Source: the human T2T-CHM13v2.0 reference genome, Homo sapiens
Assembly (NCBI RefSeq): GCF_009914755.1
Contig: NC_060928.1
Strand: one strand, 5' to 3'
Length of the DNA: 64,000 nt
Part shown: positions 40,742 through 54,794 of the stretch, in pieces
Layout of the letters: every line of letters begins with the position of its first letter
Numbering within the stretch: the first letter of the stretch is position 1
Program-made: the position numbers and the translations under genes
Notes under the pieces: generated by a model
Seen by the model: only the letters and a program-made list of their open reading frames with translations
Databases searched by the model: none
What the model was told of the DNA's origin: nothing

Positions 40742-41197
40742 ACTTAAGTTAGCTTAGGCTGCCACAACAAAGTTCCATAGTCTGGGTGGCTTAAACAACA
40801 GACATTTATTTCTCACAGTTCTGAGAGCTGACAATTCCAAGATCAAGGTGCCAGCAGATTTGGTGTCTCTAGTGAGGTCCCTTTTCCTGGCTTATACAAG
40901 GCAAAAGGCTGCCTTCTCATTGTGTCTTCACATGCAGAGAGAGAAAGAGAGGAAGACAGAGTGAAAGAGGGAGAGAGAGGAGCATGAGGGCGGAGAGCAC
41001 ATGAATGCTCTGGTCTCTTCCTTCTTTTAAAGACACTAATCCCTGGTCGGGGCCCATCATGGGGCCCCACCCTCATGACCTCATCTAAACCTAATTAACT
41101 CCCAAAACCCCACCTCCAAATACCATCACATTTGGGGTTAGAGCTTCAACATATACATTTGAGGCAGGGAGGGGGCACAAAGATGCAGTGTATAGTA
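40742..41197 (-). mobile_element. MLT1A-like MaLR solo LTR
   Basis: ctgggtggcttaaacaacagacatttatttctcacagttctg...ccaagatcaaggtgccagcagatttgg...ccaaataccatcacatt. Confidence 0.85.
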
Positions 41198-43139
41198 CCA
41201 AGTGTTGAATGTAGTGATATTTAGGATGGTGTTTTAAAACATTCTTTGCATAGATTTTAAAATATCAGTCTATAGTAGATCCTAGTTGTAACATGATTTC
41301 CTATTAGATTCAAATAAACATTTATATCAAGCCCACTGAAGATAACAGTGAAAGTGCTACGTAACATTGTCTTAAAGTTGGTGTTTTTTTCAACATATTA
41401 TTTGGATTCAAATATTTATTTGGATTTCCTATTTTTTTGATTCATACTAATAATTATATCTACTCAAGTTAACAGTGAAAATAGTACATGATGCAACCCA
41501 AGGAACAGGTGTTCTTATAAATACCACTTTACTCTCCTAACTTGAAGCCACTGATAAAGAAAGAAATTGACTCACTGAATTCCTCTTACCAGGATACAGA
41601 CGATTATGGATAGTTTCTGTTATTTTTGTAATTTACTTCCCCTCATTTATGTTTGCTGCCACTATCATCTTCAAAATATGTAATTACGCATAATATATAT
41701 AAACAGAACCACACGTACATTTCTTTATTGGTATGAAATCTATGGATTAAGGATGATAGTAATTTGCCAGAAAATATATGTAGGAAAAATACATTTATTT
41801 GTGCTTCCAAACCCTTTCTAAAAGCGATTTAAGGTGACTAGATGTATAATTTGTGTGGAGAAAAGTACTAAAGTTATACAAAGACATTTAGTTGCTATTT
41901 ACATATCAAATATATCTCAAGAATATGGTCTTTCCTTATCCTAATTTCTTAGGTATATTCACATGCATTAATTTTTATGATTTGTCATAGAGTAACCTTG
42001 CTATTAACAAAAAATAACCTACAAAGATTCCTCCCACAGTCTCAAACCCTCCTTCAATTCTCTACTCTACCTTTTTGCCTACCATCATAGCTTTGCTATT
42101 TTAATGAATATATTTAGGTTTCTTTATTCCAGCTGAAGAGAAAGCTAAATAGTGTAGAAGTTATTCTGTAGATGAAATTCAAAGACCCTCCAGAGATTGC
42201 ATGTCTTTTTAATGTGACTTTTACTGCCCTTTCTGAATCTTGTCATTAAATCCCTTGAATCTTGATTCTATTTCATATATTAATTCTATTTCCTTTAAAT
42301 GGTCAGCAGACTGACAGATCATCAGTGAGTTTTCCTCTATCACAGATCTCTGTTAACAGTAAGTTATGTAATCTACCCCATGCAATGAAGGGCAGAATAA
42401 ACAAAGGTGGAGGGAAGAATAAACAAATTGCATTTCTGTATAATTGTGGCTTCTTTCTTTCCATGTGTACACTCAAAGGAGAACATCTGTTTGAGAAAAA
42501 GAAACCATCATTATTATCAACAGCACACCTACATGCGCTAAAGGCATTCTTGGGTATCACAAAAGAACCTTTAAATTTAAGAAATACATTGTAGGTATCA
42601 TTGGAACAATACTAGTATCTGAAAACTGATTCTATAATCTGTTTTGAAGAATAAGTATATTAAAATGCCCACAGAGCATTTTAGAATTCCATGAGGCCAC
42701 ATACCAATTGCTCATCAATAAAGTTCTTGGCACTGTGGCTAGTGGAAAAAACACTGAATTCAGTAAATGCTCAGAACATGCTGGAAATATAGAAAAAATT
42801 AAATGTCTTAAATTCATGAAAAAAATATCTGAGAAAGTTATAAAACTTAGAAAATTTTGTAGTAAAATTCATTTTACACATCTTAATGGAGATATATATG
42901 AATTTTTAAATATCAATCCCAAAACTAATCCTAATTTTTCTTTTTATAATCTGAAGAGGTAAAATATGACATCTACATTTGATTAATGTTGTCATCTTCA
43001 TTGAATTAAGCCTACAATGAAGACATCGAATCTTCTTAAAATATCCTCATTCTGGGTTTTAACAAACAGCTACTACATGCTCTAGCTATATCCTAACACA
43101 CTGATGCAGTTTTGCCAACAAGATGTGACTTCTTCACAC

Positions 43140-44878
43140 TTCAAATTAAAATCCTAAGTACCTCCACCAATTGAACAGATACATCTTGGCCAAGGGGATC
43201 CCAGAGACACCTTAAAAACTGAGTTCCTGGCCAGGACAGGATGGAAAGCCAGACATGCCTCGTTATACTGAAACAGGACATTTTCCATGACCACTTTGTG
43301 GGCCTCACAGCAGAGGTACCTCACTTACTCAGTCCAACCCCTCACAGGAGTGGGAGCACACAGGTGAAAGGGTGCAAGAGATAGGGCAAGTGCTTCTGGG
43401 CGCCAGCAGAAGCAAAACTCCATGCAGGCCTTGTAGCAGCATCTCGCAGGAGTACCCACAACCCCCAAAGCCCCAGAGGGGTGTGTTACAGTGCACTCTT
43501 TTAGCTTTGCAATCTGTGGACGACTTAAGTGTTAAACAGCTCAGTTGGCCTCTGCCTTTTTATGTGAGGCAGTTGCTCTCCACCAGTGAGGGCAGAGGGT
43601 CAGTGTGACAGCCTTTAGCATCCACACCTGTGTGGCACCCAAGCTCTTGTCCAGGAAAAATCAGATTGCACAAATGAATTAAAGGGTGGTGAATGAGGAG
43701 GATTTTATTGCTGATGGAAGCGGCTCTCAGAGGAAGGGTGAGCTGGAAAGGGGATGGAGTGGGAACTTCCCCTGAAGTCCGGCCATCTCCAGCCAGACTC
43801 TTCTCTGAAGTCCTGCAGTCAAGCCGTCCCTCTGAAGTCAAACTGTTTCTCTCTGATGTTCAACCACTTCTTCTCTTCTCCACTTCTCTGCTCTCTGCCA
43901 GTGGAGCCTGGGGTTTTTATGGGAACAGGATGGGGGTCGGTGCAGGCCAGGGTTGGTTTTGGAAAAGGTGACATTCCAGCAGGAAAATGGGGATGTAAAG
44001 TTCTCACTTTGGTCTGAGATTTCAGGCTTGAGGGTGGGGCCCTGGGCAGGAACCCTGCCCTTTCTGCCTAGAATTTCTCTGCCTCCTGTCCCTAACAATA
44101 CCTCCTCTCTTTTGGGGTCTAGACACAACAGTTGACCAGCATTGATGTTAAAATAAAGATCACAAGACTGACAGAGAACAGACTCTTTGTGGCAATGAGA
44201 TATTAAATTATAAACAGCAACTAAGGCCATGCCAGGCAAGGGTTAAATCATACACCCCTATACTTAAAGAATAAACTATATTTTAACTGCCACAAGGGTT
44301 TTTTGTTGTTGTTGTTTTTTCTAGCAACTAAACAAGCACTGCCTTGAGATAAGCAAAATTAAAACAATTTGCAACTCTACCACACGCTGACTAACTGGCC
44401 CCTGGCCCCTGCTCCACAAGCCATAACTACAGCTTTGATTGGGCAAGAGACTGATTTCAGTAACTGTCTCCTGATAAGACCACTGACCATGGACTGGTTA
44501 TGGCTGAGTGCCTCTGTATCTCTCCTTCATCTTTTGATGTATAGGATCTAACTGTAACACATTTAAATGTTAAGTTGCACCCCAAGGTAAACAAGGGTCA
44601 TATATTACATGCATGTTTACTTAATATTCATGTGTCAAGACTACCTTCATGAATATTCATAGCTCCTCCTGTAATCTGTTGAATATGTATGTTTGGCCAA
44701 CCTTTTCAACTTAAATTCTTGTCTTACCCCTCCTTTCCTCAAAGTGCCTGCAAATGGCTTCACCTGGAGGCACACTTCCCAGCCTGCCAGATGGGCTCCT
44801 CGCAAGGCTGTAACCTTTTACAAGAAATAAAGTCTCCCTTTCTAAATTTATAGATCTCATGATTGTTTTAGGTTAACC
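43140..44878 (+). mobile_element. MER4D-like ERV1 solo LTR, split by a nested LTR1-family insertion
   Basis: The sequence ...cagacatgcctcgttatac (43268) continues as ctcctctctttt (44102); poly(A) signal aagaaataaagtctcc near 44825; homologous to the LTR at 61224. Confidence 0.8.
43269..44097 (-). mobile_element. LTR1-family (ERV1) solo LTR
   Basis: TG...CA termini; the minus strand begins tgttagggacaggaggcagagaaattctaggcaga; 4-bp TSD ATAC at 43265-43268 and 44098-44101. Confidence 0.82.
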
Positions 44879-45349
44879 ACACCAATGGAGAAATTGACTT
44901 GGCAAATGACCCTGTGAGAAAAATATTTTCAATAGGGCCAAATGGTTCCAGCCTTGGGGGAGTGACCACATTCAACAGTGAATAATAATGCAGAATTGCT
45001 TTCGTCATTTTCTTTTTGATGTGAACATTACCCAGAGTGACTAATCTTCCTTATATCACTACACTTTTAGAGGCATAATATCATTTTTTCTATAATTGTA
45101 AAATATAAAGCAATACAAACTTCAGGAACAAACCTCCTGGATGTTTTCTTTCTCTATTGTTTTTCATCTTCTGGTGGCTACCTGGCAGAAGTTAATAACA
45201 AAGGCAAGAAAAGAACAAGAATTAGAGGTAGGGGACAAAAGAACAGAACAGAAATAAGGAGGAGGAAGAGGAAGGAAAGTGGGAGAAAGAGGAAGAGAAG
45301 GAGGATGACAATGAGAGAAAGGAGGGGAATGAGAAGGAGGAAAAAACTA

Positions 45350-45913
45350 CAATTGACCCCCTGTGCATCAAAAATCTGCATGAAAATTTTAACTCCCCAA
45401 AAACTTAACTACGAATAGTCTACTATTGACAGAAGCCTTATTGATAACATCAACTAGTCAATTAGCTCATATTTTATATGTTATATGTATTATATACTGC
45501 ATTTTTACAATAAAGTAAGCTAGAGAAAAGGTTATTAAGAAATTCATAAGAGGAAATATATGTATTATTCATTAAGTGAAAGTGGATCATCACAAAGGTC
45601 TTCATCCTCATCTTTATGTCCAGTAAGCTGAGGAGGAAAAGGAAGAGAAAGGGTTGGTCTTGCTCTCTCCAGGGTGGGGGGTGAGAGAGGCTTAAGAAAA
45701 CCTGTGTATAGGCCAGGCCCGGTTGCTCACGCCTGTAATACCTGCAATTTAGAAGGTCAAGGGGGCTGGATTGCTTGAGCACAGGAGTTTGAGATCAGCC
45801 TGGTCAACATGGTGAAACCTTGTCTCTATTTTAATTTTAAAAAATGTTGAAAAGAAAACCTGTGTATGATTGGACCCACACAATACAAACCTATGTTGTT
45901 CAAGGGTCAACTG
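45350..45913 (-). mobile_element. Tigger2a-like Tc1/mariner non-autonomous transposon
   Basis: Termini caattgacccc... and ...ttgttcaagggtcaactg, each flanked by TA; interrupted by an Alu monomer. Confidence 0.88.
45711..45851 (+). mobile_element. FLAM/Alu left monomer inserted in Tigger2a
   Basis: 16-bp TSD aagaaaacctgtgtat at 45694-45709 and 45852-45867. Confidence 0.9.
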
Positions 45914-46215
45914 TATATCCAAACTGGTAAACTGGTCCGTGTTAAGAGATAGAGGGTGGACAGACACAGTGTGAGATAGTGTGGCAGAGTGAAAGCCAAA
46001 GAGATGTAAGATCCTGTTACCATTTCTTCAACCTCCCTCTAACCTAGATGATGTGAAAAACTAGCAGAGGAAATCTATAATAGGAAACCATTACTGTCTC
46101 TACTCACTCCAGTTGCCATTTTGAAAACTTGCAAATTTATCTTCAACACATTTTGAGACATACTTTTGAACACATCTTAAGTCCATCCTTCGGACTTTGT
46201 GAAATTGCCTTTCTG

Positions 46216-46900
46216 CAACAGATGCTGGCGAGGTTGCAGAGAAAATGGAACACTTTTACACTGTTGGTGGGCGTGTAAATTAGTTCAGGTATTGTGGAAG
46301 ACAGTGTGGTGACTCCTCAAAGACCTAGAGGCAGAAATACCATTTGACCCAGCAATCCCATTACTGGGTATATGCCCAAATGAATATAAATCATTCTATT
46401 ATAAAGATACATGCAAATGTATGCTCATTGCAGCACTATTATTCACAGTAGCAATGACATGGAATCAACTCAAAATGGCCATCAATGAGAGACTGGATAA
46501 AGAAAATGTGGTACATAAACACCATGGAATACTATGCAGCCATAAAAAGGAACAAGATCATGTCCTTTGGAGGGACATGGATGGAGCTGGAGGCCATCAT
46601 CCTCAACAAACTGACAAGGAAACAGCAAACCAAACCCTGCATGTTCTTACTTACAAGTGGGAGTTGAACAGTGAGAACACATGGACACATAGACGGGAAT
46701 AACAAACACTGCAGCCTGTCATTAGAGGTGGGGGAGGTGGGCAGGAGAGCATCAGGAAGAATAGCTAATGGGTGCTGGGCTTAATACCTAGGTGATGGGA
46801 TGATCTGTGCAGCAAACCACCATAGCACACGTTTACCTATGTAACAAACCTGCACATCCTGCACATATATCCCTGAACTTAAAATCGAAGAAAAAAAAAT
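46216..46900 (+). mobile_element. 5'-truncated primate L1PA (end of ORF2, 3' UTR, A tail)
   Basis: ORF 46485-46667 (WIKKMWYINTMEYYAAIKRNKIMSFGGTWMELEAIIL) matches the L1 ORF2 C-terminus; TSD-like aaattg(cc/tc)(t/a)ttctg. Confidence 0.93.
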
Positions 46901-46925
46901 TGTCATTCTGTGAGTAACTTAATAC

Positions 46926-47871
<946 letters not shown>

Positions 47872-48042
47872 ATACTAGTGTCACAAAATGGGAAGAAAAA
47901 GGACTGGGATTATGCCTCCATTTAAAAAATTATTCGTGAGTATGTGTTCTCATTTATTTCCCTCTTAACTCTTGAAACTAGTAATTTGCCTAACGAGAGA
48001 AAAAAAACTTACCATTTTCATAAATTTTCTTTCAGTGGTATC

Positions 48043-48446
48043 TTTCATGCGCGTCCGTGTGAAGAGACCACCAAACAGGCTTTGTGTGAGCAACATGGCT
48101 GTTTATTTCACCTGGGTGCAGGGGGGCTGAGTCCAAAAAGAGAGTCAGCGAAGGGAGAGAGGGGTGGGGCCGTTTTATAGGATTTGGGTAGGTAAAGGAA
48201 AAAGGGGGGTTGTTCTCTGGCAGGCAGGAGTGGGGGTCACAAGGTACTCAGTAGGGGAGCTTTTGAGCCAGGATGAGCCAGGAGAAGAAATTTCACAAGA
48301 CAATGTCACCAGTTAAGGCAGGAACAGGCCATTTTCACTTCTTCTGTGGCGGAATGTCATCAGTTAAGGCAGGAACAAGCGATCTGGATGTGTACGTGCA
48401 GGTCACAGGGTATATGATAGCTTAGCTTGGGCTCAGAGGCCTGACA
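48043..48446 (-). promoter_or_regulatory. HERV-H 3' LTR (LTR7), 404 bp
   Basis: Homologous to 53331-53683; retains both copies of the U3 direct repeat. Confidence 0.95.
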
Positions 48447-50447
48447 TTCCTGTCTTCTTATATTAATAAGAAAAATAAAATGAAATAGTGGTAAAGTGTT
48501 GGGACAGCGAAAATTTTGGGGGATGGTATGGAGAGATAATGGGCGATGTTTCTCAGGGCTGCTTCGAGCGGGATTAGGGGCGGTGTGGGAACCTAGAGTG
48601 GGAGAGATTAAGCTGAAGGAAGATTTTGTGGTAAGGAGTGATATTTGTGGGGTTGTTAGAAGGAACATTTGTAATTTAGAATTATTGGTGATGGCATGGA
48701 TACAGTTTTGTATGAATTGAAAAACTAAATGGAATAAGAGAAGGAGAAAAACAGGTATAAAAGGTCTAAGAATTGGGAAGACTCAGGACATCTGATTAGA
48801 GAGTGCCTAAGGAGATTCGGCATAGTCCTGCCAACAAAGATTATTTATTTACGTCAAGAGTTAAGAGTGGCAGTTTGGGGATAGCACCAGGAGATATCAG
48901 CTGTGATGGCTTGGAGAAACAGTGTAAACCGGCAGTGTAAACAAGAGCAGGGCATGTATGAGTAGTTGAGAACGCTGAATAGGAGTATGACTAGACAGAA
49001 GATAGTAGGGATGACAAGTTTTTGGGGGCACATTCTAAGTTGGTCTGGTGTCTGGAATGAGACTGGGGCCTAATAAAACGGAGCGTCTATACAGGAGCTC
49101 AAATGGGCTGTACCTTGTAGCATTCTGAGGACAGGTCTGACTTCTGAGAAGAGAAAGTCATAAAAGTATTGTCCAGTCCTTTTTAAGTTGGTGGCTGAGC
49201 TTAGTGAGGTGTGTTTTTAAAAGACCTTTAGTCCATTCTACTCTTCCTGAAGACGGAGGACCTTAAGGGATATAAAGGTTTCACTGAATACTAAGAGCCT
49301 GAAAAACTGCTTGGCTGATTTGACTAATAAAGGCTGGTCTTTTATCAGACTGTATAGAGGTGGGAAGGCTAAACTGAGGAATTATGTTGACAGAAGGGAA
49401 GAAATGACTGTGGCAGCCTTCTCAGACCCTGTAGGAAAGGCCTGTACCTATCCAGTGAAAGTGTCTACCTAGACTAAGAGGTATTTTAGTTATCTGACTC
49501 GGGGCATGTTGAGTAAAGCTAATTTGCCAGTCCTGGGTGGGGGCAAATCCTTGAGCTTGATGTGTAGGGAAGGGAGGGGGCCTGAATAATCCCTGAGGAG
49601 TAGTAGAATAGCAGATGAAACACTGAGAAGTGATCTCCCTGAGGATAGATTTCCATGATGGAAAGGAAATGAGAGGTTCTAAGATGCGGGTTAGTGGCTT
49701 GTACTATATAGCATAGCCTGCCTTTGCTGGTGTGTGGTGATTAGGCCTGGTAGAACTGCCATCAATAAATCAAGCGTGATCAGGGTGAGGAATAGGAAAG
49801 AAGGAAATATGCGGAAATGGGGTGAATGTCAGGTGGATCAGAAAGATACAGTCATGGGGGTCAGGTGTGGTATCAGGAATAATGTGGGAGGCCAGATTGA
49901 AGTCCGGGCCAGGAACAATGGTAATTGTGGGACTTAACAAAGAGTGAGTACAGCTGAAGGAGCCGGAGAGCAGAAAGTGTATGCGTCAGGTATGAGGAAG
50001 AAAATAGATTTTGGAAGTTATGAGAAATGTAAGAGACTAAGTTGAGCAGAGTTTGTGATTTTGAGGGCCTCTAAAAGTATTAGGGTGGCAGCAGCCACTG
50101 CACGGAGACATGATGGCTAGGCTAAAACAGTAAGGTCAAGTTGTTTGGACAGAAAGGCTACAAGGTGCGGTCCTGTCCTGGCTCTTGTGTAAGAAATCTG
50201 ACTGCACTAACCATGCCTAGGAAGGAAAGGAGTTGTTGTCCATGCCTAGGAAGGAAAGGAGTTGTTGTTTTGTAAGGGATTGAGGTTTGGGAGATTAATC
50301 GGACACGATCAGCAGGGAAAGCACGTGTGTTTTTATGAGAATTATGCCGAGATAGGTAACAGATGAGGATGAAATTTGGGCTTGACTGAAGTAATGGGGG
50401 CTGTCTGTGAAGCCTTGTGGCAGTACAGCCCAGGTAATTTGCTGAGC

Positions 50448-50861
50448 CTAATGGGTGTCAGGGTCAGTCCAAGTGAAAGCGAAGAGAGGCTGGGATGACG
50501 GGTGCAAAGGAATAGTAAAGAAAGCGCGTTTGAGATCCAGAACAGAATAATGGATTGTGGAGGGAGGTATTGAGGATAGGAGAGTATATGGGTTTGGCAC
50601 CATGGGGTGGATAGGCAAAACAATTTGGTTGATAAGGCGCAGATCCTGAACTAACTTGTAAGGCTTGTCTGGTTTTAGGACAGGTAAAATGGGGGAATGG
50701 TAAGGAGAGTTTATAGGCTTTGAAAGGCCATGCTGTAGCAGGCGAGTGATAACAGGCTTTAATCCTTTCAAAGCATGCTGTGGGATAGGATATTGGCATT
50801 GAGTGGGGTAAGGGTGATTAGGTTTTAATGAGATGGTAAGGGGTGCATGATCAGTCACCAA
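50448..50861 (-). pseudogene. HERV-H pol remnant (N-terminal reverse transcriptase)
   Basis: QYPI...SPYHSPILPVLKPDKPYKLVQDLRLIN...YSVLDLKRAFFTIPLHPSSQPLFAFTW, then a stop. Confidence 0.9.
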
Positions 50862-51015
50862 GGAGGGAGTAGAGGTATCTTATACTTGTGGGTTAAGGTG
50901 GGGGGGATACAAGAGGAGGACGCAAAGGAGGCTTTGGATTGGGAAGAAGGGCAGCAATGAGATGTAGTTGTAATCCAGGAATAGTCAGGGAAGCAGATAA
51001 TTTAGTTAAAGTGTC

Positions 51016-51240
51016 TCAGCCTAATAAGGGAACTGGGCAGGTGGGGATAACTAAAAAGGAGTGCTTAAAAGAGTATTGTCTAAGTTGGCACCAGAGTTGG
51101 GGAGTTGTAAGAGGTTTAGAAGCCTGGCTGTCAATACCCACAACAGTTATGGAGGTGAGGGAAACAGACCCTTGAAAAGAAGGTAATGTGGAGTGGGTAG
51201 CCTCCGTATTGATTAAGAAGGGGACCGACTTACCTTCCAC
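51016..51240 (-). pseudogene. HERV-H protease remnant
   Basis: FLINTEATHSTL aligns to the retroviral L(I/V)DTGA active-site motif but lacks the catalytic Asp; ends PTCPVPLLG. Confidence 0.85.
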
Positions 51241-51320
51241 TGTGAGAGTTACCTGAAGCTCGGTGTCCGTGATGGTCTAGGGGGCTTCGGAGGTGATCGG
51301 GCAGCGTCAGTCTTCAGCTG

Positions 51321-51653
51321 CTAAGCCAAGAAGATCTGGGAAGGAGTCAGAGAGCCTTGGGCCAGAGTTCCAGGGGCTCTGGGAGTGGCTGCCAGGTGAG
51401 TTGGACAGTCCGATTTCCAGTGGGGTCCCACACAGATGGGATGTGGCTTAGGAGGAATCCTGGGCTGCAGGCATTCCTTGGCCTGGTGGCCAGATTTCTG
51501 GAACTTGTAGCAAGCTCCTCGGGGAGGAGGTTCTGGAGGAACACCTGGCTGCTGCAGTTCAGGCGTTTGGAAGTTCTTGTGTGCTGGAGATGTGGCTGGG
51601 GTTTGTCTCACAGTGGAGGCAAGGAATTGCAACTTTTTTCTATTATTGTACAC
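51321..51653 (-). pseudogene. HERV-H gag remnant (nucleocapsid with decayed zinc knuckles)
   Basis: CYKFQKSGHQAKEC and HPICVGPHWKSDC are CCHC knuckles that have each lost one Cys. Confidence 0.85.
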
Positions 51654-53310
51654 CTTGAAGGTGAGGTTAATTAAATCCTGTTGTGGGGTTTGAGGGCCAG
51701 AATTTAATTTTTGGAGTTTTATTTAATGTCGGGAGCAGATTGGGTAATAAAATGTATTTTGAGAATAAGACGGCCTTTTGACCTTTTAGGGTCTAGGGCT
51801 GTAAAGTGTCTCAGGGTTGCTGCCAAACAAGTCATGAACTGGGCTGGATTTTTATATTTGATGAAAAAGAACCTAAACGCTATCTGATTTGGGATAAGGA
51901 AAAAGGAGCATTAACCTTGACTATGCCTTTAGCTCCAGCCACCTTTTTAAGAGTAAATTGCTGGGCAGGAGGGGGAGGGCTAGTCATGGAAGGAAACTGT
52001 AAGCCGGACCAGGTGTGAGGAGGGGAGGCGATAAAAGGATTATAGGGTGGAGGAGCGGAGGCTGAGGAAGAATTGGGACCTAGCTCGGTCTGGCGAGGAG
52101 CAGCCTGGGGAGGAGGGGAGAGGTCAGATGGGTCTGTAGAAAAGGAAGATTAGAAAGACTCAGTGACTCTTGGGGTTGGGACTGAGGGGACAGGCGGAAG
52201 GGAAAGAAGGAAGATTTGGGACGAGTTGCATTGGGCACAGAGACTAGGAAGGGACCGATGTGTAAAAGAATGCCTGGATGTCAGGCACCTCAGACCATTT
52301 GCCCATTTTACGACAAGAATTATTTAGATCTTGTGGGATGGAGAAATTGAAAGTGCCGTTTTCCGGCTATTTGGAACTACTGTCCAGTTTGTATTGGGGT
52401 CAAGCATCATTGCAGAAGAAAATAAGATGCTTAGATTTTAGGTCAGGTGAGAGTTGAAGAGGTTTTAAGTTCTTAAGGACACAGGCTAAGGGAGAAGAAG
52501 GAGGAATGGAAGGTGGAAGCTTGCCCATAGTGAAGGAGGCAAGCCCAGAGAAAAGAGTAGAGACACGGAGAGGGGATGGGGGGTTCTTGCCCTCCAGAAA
52601 AGCAGAGAAGGGGTCAGGGCACAGAGATACGAGGTCGGGGTGTGGAAATAAGGGATCGGGGTGCAGAGATTTAAGAGGTCAGGGCACGGAAATAAGGGAT
52701 GGGCACAGAGATATGAGGTTAGGGTACTTGCCCCTCCTCTAGAAAAGTGGGACTTGCCACTCAGGGTGAAGGAGAAGAGGTTGGGGGTTTCTTGCCCCCC
52801 AGAAAGGTGGAGAAGGGGTAGAGACACGGAGAGAAGGGGTTGGGGTACTGGCCCCTTCCCCAGAAAAGTGGGACTTGCCGCTAAGGGTGAAGGACCAAGG
52901 CAGGCGTCCCTGCGTGGTCTGACACCTCTGAAACCTGGGTGAATAATCAGAGAGGTGTCCCTGGAATGATTAAACACCAAGGGAAGGCTGCCTTCCCAGT
53001 CCGTGACTGGCGCCGGAGTTTTGGGTCCACGGATAAAACGTGTCTCCTTTGTCTCTAGAAGAAAATGAAAGGAATTGAAATTAAAAGAAGGGAGAGATTA
53101 AAGTGTGGCGCCAAGATTGAAAGGAGAAAGAGGTTGAGTGATAGTGAGGGAGGTTGGAGAAGAGAGTAAAAAGAGGCGGCTTACCGGATTTGAAATTGGT
53201 GAGATGTTTCTTGGGCTGGTCGGTCTGAGGACCTGAGGTCGTAGGTGGATCTTTCTCAAGGAGCAAAGAGCAGAAGGACAGGGGATTGATCTCCCAAGGG
53301 AGGTCCCCCG

Positions 53311-53328
53311 ATAGGAGTCATGGCACCA
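53311..53328 (-). other. Degenerate tRNA-His primer binding site
   Basis: Minus strand tggtgccatgactcctat versus the His PBS tggtgccgtgactcggat, immediately inside the 5' LTR. Confidence 0.85.
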
Positions 53329-53330
53329 AA

Positions 53331-53683
53331 TTTCATGCGCGTCCGTGTGAAGAGACCACCAAACAGGCTTTGTGTGAGCAACATGGCTGTTTATTTCACC
53401 TGGGTGCAGGTGGGCTGAGTCCGAAAAGAGAGTCAGCGAAGGGAGATAGGGGTGGGGCCGTTTTATAGGATTTGGGTAGGTAAAGGAAAAAGGGGGGTTG
53501 TTCTCTGGCAGGCAGGAGTGGGGGTCACAAGGTACTCAGTGGGGGAGCTTTTGAGCCAGGATGAGCCAGGAGAAGAAATTTCACAAGACAATGTCATCAG
53601 TTAAGGCAGGAACCAGCGATCTGGATGTGTACGTGCAGGTCACAGGGGATATGATAGCTTAGCTTGGGCTCAGAGGCCTGACA
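53331..53683 (-). promoter_or_regulatory. HERV-H 5' LTR (LTR7), 353 bp
   Basis: Adjacent to the PBS; on the minus strand a TATA-like tataaaa is followed by ggccccacccc; lacks one 51-bp U3 repeat unit. Confidence 0.95.
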
Positions 53684-54794
53684 GTATCCTAAGATTATTT
53701 CCTGGTTTAATGTGACCATTAGTGCATTTGTTCAGCATACTCCCTGAAGTCGTATAAGGCAGCTCTTCCCATTAAAACAAAAGGCATAAATGGGTAAATT
53801 GGGTACAGTTTTAATAAATGGAACTTAAGCTCTCATAATGGAATTGCTAAATTTCAACACTGGCATTGCTACTGAATTAAACTAGGAAATTAGCAAATGC
53901 ATTTAAACTTTTCTGTTTACTGAGCTCTAAAAGTGGGGGAAATGGCATATGAATTTTAAAATATTTCTTAGAGTAATGGCTTTAAAATGAGTCTTCAGTG
54001 AATTCAGTTGGCCCTTAGTACAAAATACGTTCTTATAAATATTGATCAGAAAATAATCTGTAATAATATGTACTACTGTCTCTCCCAAAAAGCTCTTAAA
54101 GATAAAACAAATTTCCACTTAAAATAAAACTTTCTTGATTTCATTCTGCATTTATTTTGGAAAAGGTGAGAATCTCATAATCAACAGTGGGAGAGGAGTT
54201 TGGGAGAGGAGGTTCTTCATAATGTCAGAAAAGATATCAAAGGCACATTCTGTTGATTTTTTTCCTTGCTAAAATGTTTTATAATGTCATCCAGGCAAGG
54301 TTATCATGATAATTTTTTAGAATGAATGAAAAGATATTCTAGAAGTTGCTCTGTTTTGTTCTCCAACCCTTTGGATAGAAAAGGCAACAAAATAAGTGCA
54401 ATTTTGTTCCTTTTTTGCCAACTTGAAATCTTACTTTGACCTCTAGATTCACCAGCCTTATGTTTCTGGGCAACCCCCCACATTTCCTTGGGAGCCTCTC
54501 AAACTGCTATCATTTACCCAGCAACAAGGACAGTTCTAGGCCTAGACAAATGGCATTTGCAGTACCTGAGAACTAGCCAAGACCTAATGGTCTCTCCCCA
54601 CATCTCATTGGCAGGAACGTTCATTCATTTTTCCCCACGTCCACTTCTTTTCCATGAAAGCAAGCCCTAAGGCAGGAGATCACCTTCTCATTACCCAACA
54701 GCTTGATTCTCTACATGATCCTCTGAATGTCAGCAGGTGAATGTCTGGCTTTGCAAGTGAAAGGAAAAGCTTTGGTCTTTTTACTCACAGGATC

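Larger units (their letters stand above)
48043..53683 (-). mobile_element. HERV-H provirus, common internally deleted ~5.6-kb form, with two LTR7s
   Basis: LTR7 termini (minus strand tgtcaggcctctgagcccaagctaag...cggacgcgcatgaaa) at both ends; perfect 5-bp TSD GTATC at 48038-48042 and 53684-53688; His-type PBS; gag/pro/pol remnants. Confidence 0.97.

Noticed and set aside
43372-44551. Overlapping ORFs on both strands
   Set aside because: GC-richer LTR1/MER4 sequence has fewer stop codons; these are not genes.
52590-52890. Spaced short repeats resembling an array
   Set aside because: Ordinary degenerate repeats of the HERV-H leader region; no constant repeat-spacer structure, so not CRISPR-like.
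48360-53468. Possible intact retroviral genes
   Set aside because: gag, pro and pol are fragmented with lost catalytic or zinc-binding residues, and no long env ORF is present.
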